From: Eledone cirrhosa
Taxonomy: Eukaryota
Assembly: GCA_964016885.1 (NCBI GenBank)
Contig: OZ024750.1
Span: 39,370,001 to 39,434,000 of the forward strand
Reading direction: 5' to 3'
DNA length: 64,000 bases
Shown: piece by piece, positions 10,100 to 22,919 of the stretch
Layout: every line of letters begins with the position of its first letter
Numbering within the stretch: the stretch's first letter is position 1
Program-made: the position numbers and the translations under genes
Notes under the pieces: model-generated
The model's database searches: none
Told to the model about the DNA's origin: nothing
Seen by the model: the letters and a program-made list of their open reading frames with translations, nothing else

Positions 10100-13000
10100 A
10101 GACGTAACTTGTGACGTGACAACCTGTCACACCCATGGAAGACTGATGTTAAACTATGTTTAGTTTAGACGTAACTCGTGACGTGACAACCTGTCACACC
10201 CATGGAAGACTGATGTTAAACTATGTTTAGTTTAGACGTAACTCGTGACGTGACAACCTGTCACACCCATGGAAGACTGATGTTAAACTATGTTTAGTTT
10301 AGACGTAACTCGTGACGTGACAACCTGTCACACCCATGGAAGACGGACGTTAAACTATGTTTAGTTTAGACGTAACTCGTGACGTGACAACCTGTCACAC
10401 CCATGGAAGACGGACGTTAAACTATGTTTAGTTTAGATGTAACCCGTGACGTGACAACCTGTCACACCCATGGAAGACGGACGTTAAACTATGTTTAGTT
10501 TAGATGTAACCCGTGACGTGACAACCTGTCACACCCATGGAAGACGGACGTTAAACTATGTTTAGTTTAGATGTAACCCGTGACGTGACAACCTGTCACA
10601 CCCATGGAAGACGGACGTTAAACTATGTTTAGTTTAGACGTAACTCGTGACGTGACAACCTGTCACACCCATGGAAGACTGATATTAAACTGTTTAGTTT
10701 AGACGTAACTCATGACGTGACAACCTGTCACACCCATGGAAGACGGACGTTAAACTATGTTTAGTTTAGACGTAACTCATGACGTGACAACCTGTCACAC
10801 CCATGGAAGACGGACGTTAAACTGTTTAGTTTAGACGTAACTTGTGACGTGACAACCTGTCACACCCATGGAAGACTGATGTTAAACTGTTTAGTTTAGA
10901 CGTAACTCATGACGTGACAACCTGTCACACCCATGGAAGACGGACGTTAAACTATGTTTAGTTTAGACGTAACTTGTGACGTGACAACCTGTCACACCCA
11001 TGGAAGACTGATGTTAAACTGTTTAGTTTAGACGTAACTCATGACGTGACAACCTGTCACACCCATGGAAGACGGACGTTAAACTATGTTTAGTTTAGAC
11101 GTAACTTGTGACGTGACAACCTGTCACACCCATGGAAGACTGATGTTAAACTGTTTAGTTTAGACGTAACTCATGACGTGACAACCTGTCACACCCATGG
11201 AAGACGGACGTTAAACTATGTTTAGTTTAGACGTAACTTGTGACGTGACAACCTGTCACACCCATGGAAGACTGATGTTAAACTGTTTAGTTTAGACGTA
11301 ACTCATGACGTGACAATCTGTCACACCCATGGAGGACGGACGTTAAACTATATTTAGTTTAGAGGTAACTCGTGACGTGACAACCTGTCACACCCAGGGA
11401 AGACGGATGTTAAACTGTTTAGTTTAGACGTAACTCATGAGGTGACAACCTGTCACACCCAGGGAAGACGGACGTTAAACTGTTTAGTTTAAACGTAACT
11501 CGTGACGTGACAACCTGTCACACCCAGGGAAGACGGATGTTAAACTGTTTAGTTTAGACGTAACTCATGACGTGACAACCTGTCACACCCATGGAAGACG
11601 GATGTTAAACTGTTTAGTTTAGACGTAACTCATGAGGTGACAACCTGTCACACCCATGGAAGACTGACGTTAAACTATGTTTAGTTTAGAGGTAACTCGT
11701 GACGTGACAACCTGTCACACCCATGGAAGACTGATGTTAAACTATGTTTAGTTTAGACGTAACTCGTGACGTGACAACCTGTCACACCCATGGAAGACGG
11801 ACGTTAAACTATGTTTAGTTTAGACGTAACTCGTGACGTGACAACCTGTCACACCCATGGAAGACGGACGTTAAACTATGTTTAGTTTAGACGTAACTCG
11901 TGACGTGACAACCTGTCACACCCATGGAAGACGGACGTTAAACTATGTTTAGTTTAGACGTAACTCGTGACGTGACAACCTGTCACACCCATGGAAGACG
12001 GACGTTAAACTATGTTTAGTTTAGACGTAACTCGTGACGTGACAACCTGTCACACCCATGGAAGACTGATGTTAAACTATGTTTAGTTTAGAGGCAACTC
12101 GTGACGTGACAACCTGTCACACCCAGGGAAGACTGATGTTAAACTATGTTTAGTTTAGAGGTAACTCGTGACGTGACAACCTGTCACACCCAGGGAAGAC
12201 TGATGTTAAACTATGTTTAGTTTAGAGGTAACTCGTGACGTGACAACCTGTCACACCAAGGGAAGACGGACGTTAAACTATGTTTAGTTTAGAGGTAACT
12301 CGTGACGTGACAACCTGTCACACCCATGGAAGACTGATGTTAAACTATGTTTAGTTTAGAGGTAACTCGTGACGTGACAACCTGTCACACCCAGGGAAGA
12401 CTGATGTTAAACTATGTTTAGTTTAGAGGTAACTCGTGACGTGACAACCTGTCACACCCAGGGAAGACGGACGTTAAACTATGTTTAGTTTAGAGGTAAC
12501 TCGTGACGTGACAACCTGTCACACCCAGGGAAGACTGATGTTAAACTATGTTTAGTTTAGAGGTAACTCGTGACGTGACAACCTGTCACACCCAGGGAAG
12601 ACTGATGTTAAACTATGTTTAGTTTAGAGGTAACTCGTGACGTGACAACCTGTCACACCCATGGAAGACTGATGTTAAACTATGTTTAGTTTAGACGTAA
12701 CTCGTGACGTGACAACCTGTCACACCCAGGGAAGACGGACGTTAAACTATGTTTAGTTTAGAGGTAACTCGTGACGTGACAACCTGTCACACCCATGGAA
12801 GACGGACGTTAAACTATGTTTAGTTTAGAGGTAACTCGTGACGTGACAACCTGTCACACCCAGGGAAGACTGATGTTAAACTATGTTTAGTTTAGAGGTA
12901 ACTCGTGACGTGACAACCTGTCACACCCAGGGAAGACGGACGTTAAACTATGTTTAGTTTAGAGGTAACTCGTGACGTGACAACCTGTCACACCCAGGGA

Positions 13001-14300
13001 AGACTGATGTTAAACTATGTTTAGTTTAGAGGTAACTCGTGACGTGACAACCTGTCACACCCAGGGAAGACTGATGTTAAACTATGTTTAGTTTAGAGGT
13101 AACTCGTGACGTGACAACCTGTCACACCCAGGGAAGACGGACGTTAAACTATGTTTAGTTTAGAGGTAACTCGTGACGTGACAACCTGTCACACCCATGG
13201 AAGACGGACGTTAAACTATGTTTAGTTTAGAGGTAACTCGTGACGTGACAACCTGTCACACCCAGGGAAGACTGATGTTAAACTATGTTTAGTTTAGAGG
13301 TAACTCGTGACGTGACAACCTGTCACACCCAGGGAAGACGGACGTTAAACTATGTTTAGTTTAGAGGTAACTCGTGACGTGACAACCTGTCACACCCATG
13401 GAAGACGGACGTTAAACTATGTTTAGTTTAGAGGTAACTCGTGACGTGACAACCTGTCACACCCAGGGAAGACGGACGTTAAACTATGTTTAGTTTAGAG
13501 GTAACTCGTGACGTGACAACCTGTCACACCCATGGAAGACGGACGTTAAACTATGTTTAGTTTAGAGGTAACTCGTGACGTGACAACCTGTCACACCCAG
13601 GGAAGACGGACGTTAAACTATGTTTAGTTTAGAGGTAACTCGTGACGTGACAACCTGTCACACCCATGGAAGACGGACGTTAAACTATGTTTAGTTTAGA
13701 GGTAACTCGTGACGTGACAACCTGTCACACCCAGGGAAGACGGACGTTAAACTATGTTTAGTTTAGAGGTAACTCGTGACGTGACAACCTGTCACACCCA
13801 TGGAAGACGGACGTTAAACTATGTTTAGTTTAGAGGTAACTCGTGACGTGACAACCTGTCACACCCAGGGAAGACTGATGTTAAACTATGTTTAGTTTAG
13901 AGGTAACTCGTGACGTGACAACCTGTCACACCCAGGGAAGACGGACGTTAAACTGTGTTTAGTTTAGAGGTAACTCGTGACGTGACAACCTGTCACACCC
14001 ATGGAAGACGGACGTTAAACTATGTTTAGTTTAGAGGTAACTCGTGACGTGACAACCTGTCACACCCAGGGAAGACGGACGTTAAACTATGTTTAGTTTA
14101 GAGGTAACTCGTGACGTGACAACCTGTCACACCCAGGGAAGACTGATGTTAAACTATGTTTAGTTTAGAGGTAACTCGTGACGTGACAACCTGTCACACC
14201 CAGGGAAGACGGACGTTAAACTGTGTTTAGTTTAGAGGTAACTCGTGACGTGACAACCTGTCACACCCAGGGAAGACGGATGTTAAACTATGTTTAGTTT
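10100..14300. repeat. Satellite, 67-bp unit, about 63 copies, within an IPO9 intron
   Basis: Unit AGA(C/G)GTAACTCGTGACGTGACAACCTGTCACACCCA(T/G)GGAAGACGGACGTTAAACTATGTTTAGTTT. Confidence 0.97.
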
Positions 14301-14330
14301 TGTTGATGTTCTTTGTTTTCTGTTTAACAG

Positions 14331-14430
14331 GAGGAGGAGTTTGAAGATGGTGAAGAGGATGAAGACGAGATATCTGACGGAACAACATTGAGTAGTATAC
14401 TAGAGGACTATGGAGGAGATGGTTTAGATG
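14331..14430 (+). CDS. IPO9: Importin-9 acidic-loop exon (EEEFEDGEEDEDEISDGTTLSSILEDYGGDGLD)
   Basis: Pyrimidine tract with CAG acceptor and GTAAGT donor. The acidic segment falls at the expected IPO9 position, and phase 0 in / phase 1 out matches both neighbours. Confidence 0.85.
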
Positions 14431-14481
14431 GTAAGTCACTAGTTTCACACTAAATAGGGAGCCTCTACATAGTCACTTAAC

Positions 14482-17400
14482 TTGCTAGAAATAGCAGCTA
14501 AAGTTCTATAGCCCTTAAATACCATGTTGCTAGAAATAGCAGCTAATGTTCTATAGCCCTGAAATACCATGTTGCTAGAAATAGCAGCTAATGTTCTATA
14601 GCCCTTAAATACCATGTTGCTAGAAATAGCAGCTAATGTTCTATAGCCCTGAAATACCATGTTGCTAGAAATAGCAGCTAATGTTCTATAACCATGAAAT
14701 ACCATGTTGCTAGAAATAGCAGCTAATGTTCTATAGCCCTGAAATACCATGTTGCTAGAAATAGCAGCCAAACTTTCTATAGCCCTGAAATACCATGTTG
14801 CTAGAAATAGCAGCGAATGTTCTACAGCCCTGAAATACCATGTTGCTAGAAATAGCAGCCAAACTTTCTATAGCCCTGAAATACCATGTTGCTAGAAATA
14901 GCAGCTGATGTTCTATAGCCCTGAAATACCATGTTGCTAGAAATAGCAGCTAAACTTTCTATAGCCCTGAAATACCATGTTGCTAGAAATAGCAGCTAAA
15001 CTTACTATAGCCCCGAAATACCATGTTGCTAGAAATAGCAGCGAATGTTCTACAGCCCTGAAATACCATGTTGCTAGAAATAGCAGCGAATGTTCTATAG
15101 CCCTGAAATACCATGTTGCTAGAAATAGCAGCTGATGTTCTATAGCCCTGAAATACCATGTTGCTAGAAATAGCAGCTAAACTTTCTATAGCCCTGAAAT
15201 ACCATGTTGCTAGAAATAGCAGCTAAACTTTCTATAGCCCCGAAATAGCAGCTAATGTTCTAGAACCCTTAAATACCATGTTGCTAGAAATAGCAGCTAA
15301 ACTTTCTATAGCCCTGAAATACCATGTTGCTAGAAATAGCAGCTAATGTTCTATAACCCTGAAATACCATGTTGCTAGAAATAGCAGCTAAACTTTCTAT
15401 AGCCCCGAAATACCATGTTGCTAGAAATAGCAGCTAATGTTCTATAACCCTGAAATACCATGTTGCTAGAAATAGCAGCTAAACTTTCTATAGCCCCGAA
15501 ATACCATGTTGCTAGAAATAGCAGCTAAACTTTCTATAGCCCTGAAATACCATGTTGCTAGAAATAGCGGCTAAACTTTCTATAGCCCCGAAATACCATG
15601 TTGCTAGAAATAGCAGCTAAACTTTCTATAGCCCTGAAATACCTTGTTGCTAGAAATAGCAGCTAAACTTTCTATAGCCCCGAAATACCATGTTGCGAGA
15701 AATAGCAGCTAAACTTTCTATAGCCCTGAAATACGATGTTGCTAGAAATAGCAGCTAAACTTTCTATAGCCCCGAAATACCATGTTGCTAGAAATAGCAG
15801 CTAAACTTTCTATAGCCCTGAAATACCATGTTGCTAGAAATAGCGGCTAAACTTTCTATAGCCCCGAAATACCATGTTGCTAGAAATAGCAGCTAATGTT
15901 CTAGAACCCTTAAATATCATGTTGCTAGAAATAGCAGCTAATGTTCTATAACCCTGAAATACCATGTTGCTAGAAATAGCAGCTAAACTTTCTATAGCCC
16001 TGAAATACCATGTTGCTAGAAATAGCAGCTAAACTTTCTATAGCCCCGAAATACCATGTTGCTAGAAATAGCAGCTAAACTTTCTATAGCCCTGAAATAC
16101 CATGTTGCTAGAAATAGCGGCTAAACTTTCTATAGCCCCGAAATACCATGTTGCTAGAAATAGCAGCTAATGTTCTAGAACCCTTAAATATCATGTTGCT
16201 AGAAATAGCAGCTAATGTTCTATAACCCTGAAATACCATGTTGCTAGAAATAGCAGCTAAACTTTCTATGGCCCCGAAATACCATGTTGCTAGAAATAGC
16301 AGCTAAACTTTCTATAGCCCTGAAATACCATGTTGCTAGAAATAGCAACTAAACTTTCTATAGCCCCGAAATACCATGTTGCTAGAAATAGCAGCTAAAC
16401 TTTCTATAGCCCTGAAATACCATGTTGCTAGAAATAGCGGCTAAACTTTCTATAGCCCCGAAATACCATGTTGCTAGAAATAGCAGCTAAACTTTCTATA
16501 GCCCCGAAATACCATGTTGCTAGAAATAGCAGCTAATGTTCTATAGCCCTGAAATACCATGTTGTTAGAAATAGCAGCTAATGTTCTATAACCCTGAAAT
16601 ACCATGTTGCTAGAAATAGCAGCTAATGTTCTATAACCCTGAAATACCATGTTGCTAGAAATAGCAGCTAAACTTTCTATAGCCCCGAAATACCATGTTG
16701 CTAGAAATAGCAGCTAAACTTTCTATAGCCCTGAAATACCATGTTGCTAGAAATAGCAGCTAAACTTTCTATAGCCCCGAAATACCATGTTGCTAGAAAT
16801 AGCAGCTAATGTTCTAGAACCCTTAAATACCATGTTGCTAGAAATAGCAGCTAAACTTTCTATAGCCCTGAAATACCATGTTGCTAGAAATAGCAGCTAA
16901 TGTTCTATAACCCTGAAATACCATGTTGCTAGAAATAGCAGCTAAACTTTCTATAGCCCCGAAATACCATGTTGCTAGAAATAGCAGCTAATGTTCTATA
17001 ACCCTGAAATACAATGTTGCTAGAAATAGCAGCTAAACTTTCTATAGCCCCGAAATACCATGTTGCTAGAAATAGCAGCTAATGTTCTATAACCCTGAAA
17101 TACCATGTTGCTAGAAATAGCAGCTAAACTTTCTATAGCCCCGAAATACCATGTTGCTAGAAATAGCAGCTAATGTTCTATAACCCTGAAATACCATGTT
17201 GCTAGAAATAGCAGCTAAACTTTCTATAGCCCCGAAATACCATGTTGCTAGAAATAGCAGCTAAACTTTCTATAGCCCCGAAATACCATGTTGCTAGAAA
17301 TAGCAGCTAAACTTTCTATAGCCCTGAAATACCATGTTGCTAGAAATAGCAGCTAAACTTTCTATAGCCCTGAAATACCATGTTGCTAGAAATAGCGGCT

Positions 17401-18918
17401 AAACTTTCTATAGCCCCGAAATACCATGTTGCTAGAAATAGCAGCTAAACTTTCTATAGCCCTGAAATACCATGTTGCTAGAAATAGCAGCTAAACTTTC
17501 TATAGCCCTGAAATACGATGTTGCTAGAAATAGCGGCTAAACTTTCTATAGCCCCGAAATACCATGTTGCTAGAAATAGCAGCTAATGTTCTAGAACCCT
17601 TAAATATCATGTTGCTAGAAATAGCAGCTAATGTTCTATAGCCCTGAAATACCATGTTGCTAGAAATAGCAGCTAATGTTCTATAGCCCCGAAATACCGT
17701 GTTGCTAGAAATAGCAGCTAATATTCTATAGCCCCGAAATACCATGTTGCTAGAAATAGCAGCTAATGTTCTATAGCCCTGAAATACCATGTTGCTAGAA
17801 ATAGCAGCTAATGTTCTATAGCCCTGAAATACCATGTTGTTAGAAATAGCAGCTAATGTTCTATAGCCCTGAAATATGATGTTGCTAGAAATAGCGGCTA
17901 AACTTTCTATAGCCCCGAAATACCATGTTGCTAGAAATAGCAGCTAATGTTCTATAGCCCTGAAATACGATGTTGCTAGAAATAGCAGCTAATGTTCTAT
18001 AACCCTAAAATACCATGTTGCTAGAAATAGCAGCTAATGTTCTATAGCCCCGAAATACCATGTTGCTAGAAATAGCAGCTAAACTTTCTATAGCCCTGAA
18101 ATACCATGTTGCTAGAAATAGCAGCTAAACTTTCTATAGCCCCGAAATACCATGTTGCTAGAAATAGCAGCTAATGTTCTAGAACCCTTAAATACCATGT
18201 TGCTAGAAATAGCAGCTAAACTTTCTATAGCCCTGAAATACCATGTTGCTAGAAATAGCAGCTAATGTTCTATAACCCTGAAATACCATGTTGCTAGAAA
18301 TAGCAGCTAAACTTTCTATAGCCCCGAAATACCATGTTGCTAGAAATAGCAGCTAATGTTCTATAACCCTGAAATACCATGTTGCTAGAAATAGCAGCTA
18401 AACTTTCTATAGCCCCGAAATACCATGTTGCTAGAAATAGCAGCTAAACTTTCTATAGCCCCGAAATACCATGTTGCTAGAAATAGCAGCTAATGTTCTA
18501 TAACCCTGAAATACCATGTTGCTAGAAATAGCAGCTAATGTTCTATAGCCCTGAAATACCATGTTGCTAGAAATAGCAGCTAATGTTCTATAACCCTGAA
18601 ATATCACGTTGTTAGAAATAGCAGCTAATGTTCTATAGCCCTGAAATACCATGTTGCTAGAAATAGCAGCTAATGTTCTATAGCCCCGAAATACCATGTT
18701 GCTAGAATTAGCAGCTAATGTTCTATAACCCTGAAATACCATGTTGCTAGAAATAGCAGCTAATGTTCTATAGCCCTGAAATACCATGTTGCTAGAAATA
18801 GCAGCTAATGTTCTATAGCCCTGAAATACCATGTTCCTAGAAATAGCAGCTAATGTTCTATAGCCCTGAAATACCATGTTGCTAGAAATAGCTGCTAATG
18901 TTCTATAACCCTGAAATA
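14482..18918. repeat. Satellite, 45/46-bp unit, about 97 copies, within an IPO9 intron
   Basis: Unit TTGCTAGAAATAGCAGCTAA(TG/ACT)TTCTATAGCCC(T/C)GAAATACCATG. Confidence 0.97.
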
Positions 18919-19399
18919 GCCCCAAATGTGGCCCCAAAATGTTTGAGAACTTGTTCCACAGTGTAGGATCATAGTTCTACTCCATCAGAGTTGACCTGGT
19001 GCAGACTTGGACGATGGGAAGGGTAAAATATGTCCAGACTGTCACTTGTACTATTGAATGTGACACAGATTATGTTGTATGGTTGTCAACAAGGCTGCTG
19101 GACAAATACAGAGCCATGGATCAAACCTAGTTGTTCAGATCAATTAACCCTTTAGCATTTAAACCAGTTGTATCTGGTCAGAATTCTCTCACCTCTTACT
19201 CTTTCTGTAAAACCTTTTCATCAAAAAGGGCCTGTATGGTTTTAAGGAGGGAAAATGGCTTTAAAATGCTTGTATGCCAGTGTGAAGTCAGTAGTCTTTG
19301 CTGGTGTTGATATAATCAACTATATAAGCACCGTGACACTAACAGCAAATAGGGTGAAAGGCTGGAGGCTACAGAGGACCTTTCATCATCATTATCATC

Positions 19400-19930
19400 A
19401 TCATCATCATAATCGTTTAATGTCCATCTTCCACGCTAGCATGGGTTTAGACGGGAATTGTCCCACTTGAGGCAAGATTGGTCGGGAGACTGTTTCGCTC
19501 GTATAGGACTGTCTGGCAAGTTTTCTACGGCTGGGTGCCCTTCCTAACACCAACTTGCCAGACAGTCCTATACACACAGTCTTCCATGCTTGCATGGGTT
19601 TGAACGGGAGTTTTCCCACTTGAGGCAAGAGTGGTTGTCTTGCTCGTATAGGACTGTCTGGTGGGTTTTCTACGGCTGGGTGCCCTTCCTAACACCAACA
19701 ACGTTTACAGTGTGGACTGGGAGGTTTTTACCGTGTTACCTACACGGCCACAATACAGCGTGGGCTGGCGTGTTTTATTTGTTGTGACACCTACATGACC
19801 TCATTTATTTTGGACTGGATGTTGTGGTACCAACATAACTTTACAGAGAGAGGGTGGTGTGTGTGTGGGGGGGGGGGTAGTGGGATGGGGGTGTATATTT
19901 GGTTAAGAGGTGCCTCCTGACTAGGTTTCG
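19400..19930 (-). mobile_element. Two adjacent RTE 3'UTR fragments
   Basis: The reverse complement aligns by eye to 3430-3790 (e.g. GTGTCACAACAA, TGGCCGTGTAGG, CCTCAAGTGGGA), with a (CAT)n tail. Confidence 0.8.
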
Positions 19931-20462
19931 CTGTGTACATAGGCAACCAAGACGAACATAGTGACACCAGCACTAGAGAGGTTGTCATATAAGATGCACT
20001 CAGTACATTCTGTAAAGTGCTAGTGGTGGTGCCAATACATTCTGTAAAGTAGGTGGTATTAGGAATGGCATCCAGCCATTATAACCATGCCAAATATGGA
20101 ACATATGAGCAAGCTTATGTTAATCCAACCCTTCTGGTCTCAGGCCTTGAAAACCAATGCCCAACCCATGCCAGCTTGGAAAGCAGATGTAAAATAATCA
20201 TGATACCTTCCCCCAATATTGTCTGGCTTATCTGCCCTAGTGTTGATGTAACCAACTATGTCCTACCCCCACTAAGTTTCTGGTCCTATGCAACCAATAT
20301 TATCTGCCCTAGTGTTGATGTAACCAACTATGCCAGTATTAGAAACCTTTGTATTTCAAGGCAAACATTTGTAGAGTTCGGCTTCAAGGCTGAGGCTATT
20401 CTGCCACATTTTTCTCTATTTTACCTGTTTTTAATCCATTTTTGTCTGATTTCCCTTCTCAG

Positions 20463-20536
20463 TTCTAAAAACCGGTCTGGATGAAGATGAAGACCCTGAT
20501 GCACTGGCTGACCCCGTTTATCATATCAATGTGCAG
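20463..20536 (+). CDS. IPO9: Importin-9 penultimate exon (LKTGLDEDEDPDALADPVYHINVQ)
   Basis: Long pyrimidine tract with CAG acceptor and GTAATG donor. Matches the IPO9 motif DDPDALKDPLYQIDLQ. Confidence 0.9.
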
Positions 20537-20569
20537 GTAATGTCATTTGATACAAACACTTGCTATCTA

Positions 20570-20797
20570 TTAACTCTTAACATCCTGTATCACATGAAAC
20601 CACATTAACTAGACATTCTTGAAGTAAGAAGTACAAAACAGCACTTAGACTGCTTCATATTAAAAATCAATGCCTTTACTGCAATATTGCAATTTTCTAC
20701 AATGATTTATCTATTCGTAAAGATACTATAAACATTTGAATTAACAAACTTCGTTTTTAGATATTTTCTGTTAAATCATGACAAGGTATTCAGTTAA
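20570..20797. mobile_element. TTAA-flanked MITE (family Q)
   Basis: Begins TTAACTCTTAACAT. The body is homologous to 55900-56450, which ends ATGTTAAGAGTTAA. Confidence 0.6.
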
Positions 20798-21288
20798 TGT
20801 CCTGTATCATCATCATCATCATCATCACCGTTTTACGTCCGTTCTTCCACGTTAGATGGGTTAGACGGGTTGTCCTGTTGTGGGCAGTGTCTGGTCGGCT
20901 GACCATGCCTTGTTCATACAGGAACTGATTTGGCTTGATTTCTACAGCTGGATGCCCTTCCTAACACCATATATCCCATAAAAACACATTACAAAGACAT
21001 CCAACAAACTACTATGACTGGATCATATTTAAACCGGCCATATCCAGCCAGTCCTCCCACCTTTCTGCTGAAACCAGGTGAAACTGGCGACCCATACTGA
21101 TGTTAAGATATTGTTCTCAAAATAAATATCACAATCTCATAGATTCGATATCATGTGAGGTAAAACTGGGTACATTTTATCGTAGGTCCCAGCACTATAG
21201 AGGTTTGTCACATGTTTGTCAAGATTGAAGGGTCCTCCCAAACCCTATAGTGTCTCTGTTCAATCCCCAGGCACTGTAGCCTCAGTAG

Positions 21289-21470
21289 TACGAAGGTCAG
21301 CTGAAAGGTTCATAGGCCAACTATGAAAGAGTGATGCTAGAGCTGTGAAATCTTGCATGCATCAACTCTTCTTATTAACTGCATTGTTTCTTTCCAAGGA
21401 CTAGTATGAGGGTCGGCTGAAAGGTTCATAGGCTGACTATGAAGGATTGATGCTAGAGCTGTGAAATCTT
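21289..21470 (+). mobile_element. Two tandem left-end fragments of a mariner-type MITE
   Basis: A TACGAGGG...GCTGAAA.GTTCATAGG-type end occurs twice. Same family as the complete copy at 50980-51178. Confidence 0.7.
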
Positions 21471-21567
21471 GGTGGTGGTGGGGGTCTTGTAAATTGTATT
21501 ATGTATGTTTTTGTTTTAATAACCAGTTTCAATCTATTTTTCTTTATTTTCTCTTCTGTTCCTCCAG

Positions 21568-21684
21568 GCATATTTATCAGAATTCCTGCAGTCTTTATCA
21601 CAGCAATCATTTTACACAATGTTTAGTAGCCATCACACTCCGGCTGAGCGACAAGTATTACAAGCCATTGGTATCCAGTGTTAA
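21568..21684 (+). CDS. IPO9: Importin-9 terminal coding exon (AYLSEFLQSLSQQSFYTMFSSHHTPAERQVLQAIGIQC*)
   Basis: CCTCCAG acceptor and TAA at 21682-21684. Matches the IPO9 C-terminus AYLTDFL.QF.QQ..Y.MFS.HL...ER.VLQ.IGI. Confidence 0.93.
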   Translation, partial: AYLSEFLQSLSQQSFYTMFSSHHTPAERQVLQAIGIQC

Positions 21685-21961
21685 TAGCCTCTTCCTCCAC
21701 ATGTTATACTCTCTTAGCCTTTCTTCCTCTCTGTTTACCATACTGTAACAACCGACTTATATACCCTGTTTATTCTCCACCCCTGTATTGCCAAATACCT
21801 GCCAATTGACTTGTTACAAACAGAAAGAAACAAGGTTAAGATGTAAATAGATGCCATCCTTTCTTAAATACCTGCATCTACCTTCTTAAAAAGGAAAACA
21901 AAACCGTATCTTGGTCAATGCCATCCAAACAAATTTACATTCTCTCTGCTCTCTTCTCTCA

Positions 21962-22039
21962 AATAAATTTTTTATCTCCATAAAACATTTTCTTTCTAAG
22001 ATATTTAATAAAGGCTTGTAAATAAAGAACAAAAATAAA
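21962..22039 (+). terminator. Cluster of AATAAA polyadenylation signals for IPO9
   Basis: AATAAA at 21962, 22007, 22021 and 22034, followed by a T-rich tract, about 280-350 nt after the stop. Confidence 0.55.
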
Positions 22040-22139
22040 TTTCCATTTTTTTTCTTCTTTTTTTTAAATTTATTTATTTTTATTTATTTATTTATTTATT
22101 TTTTTTTCAATTTTATTGTATTTTTTTTTTTTACTACTC

Positions 22140-22360
22140 TTATGGATTGGCAGAATTGGTAGAATGTCGGACAATATGCTTTGTGGCGTAGAATTACGGC
22201 CTTTTATGTTCTGAGTTCAAATCCCGCCGAGGTTAGCTTTGCCTTTCATTCTTATGGGGTCGATAAAATAAAGTACCAGATATGCACTGGTGTCGATTTA
22301 ATCAATTTTCCCTTCCTCCAAAACTGTTGGCCTTGTGCCTTAAGTAGAAACAATTATTAA
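22140..22360 (+). mobile_element. SINE family B copy
   Basis: GAGTTCAAATCCCGCCGAGGTTAGCTTTGCCTTTCAT..GGGGTCGATAAAATAAAGTACCAG. Confidence 0.8.
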
Positions 22361-22606
22361 TTTCCCTGTAGTTATTTCAATTATAGACTCAGGATTGCTG
22401 ACCGGTCAATTATAGACTCAGGATTACTGACCGGTCAAGAAGGTTTCTGGTTGGATCTTATTTTGTGGCTGAAATATGTTCTAATTATCAACTTAACCTC
22501 ACACTCATTATTTAATGTCCTTCTTTGTGATATTTCAGCCCCAGACTGGAGTTGTTCTGGAATGTAGTTATTTCCTTTCTCTTACATTCCTCATGTGATC
22601 TCAACA

Positions 22607-22805
22607 CAGGGCCTCTGGTGTGATCTCAACACACAACCAAATGTTCTTTAGCCCAGGGCCTCTGGTGTGATCTCAACACACAACCAAATGTTCTTTAGCC
22701 CAGGGCCTCTGGTGTGATCTCAACACACAACCAAATGTTCTTTAGCCCAGGGCCTCTGGTGTGATCTCAACACACAACCAAATGTTCTTTAGCCCAGGGC
22801 CTCTA
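22607..22805. repeat. Minisatellite, 47-bp unit, about 4 copies
   Basis: GGGCCTCTGGTGTGATCTCAACACACAACCAAATGTTCTTTAGCCCA in tandem. Confidence 0.9.
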
Positions 22806-22919
22806 ACTCTTTCAACCCAGTCTTGTATGTCTATCACATGGATGATATATTCCATAAGACCTGTGATGTGGATTGACATATAGGTTGAGATGTAAAAATC
22901 ACCTGTACCTACCACACAA

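Noticed and set aside
14482-18918. GCTAGAAATAGCA is identical to part of the engineered Cas9 sgRNA scaffold, and the array looks superficially CRISPR-like
   Set aside because: The match is only 13 nt. Units are head-to-tail with no unique spacers, no cas genes are present, the context is a eukaryotic intron, and the motif belongs to a dispersed host repeat.
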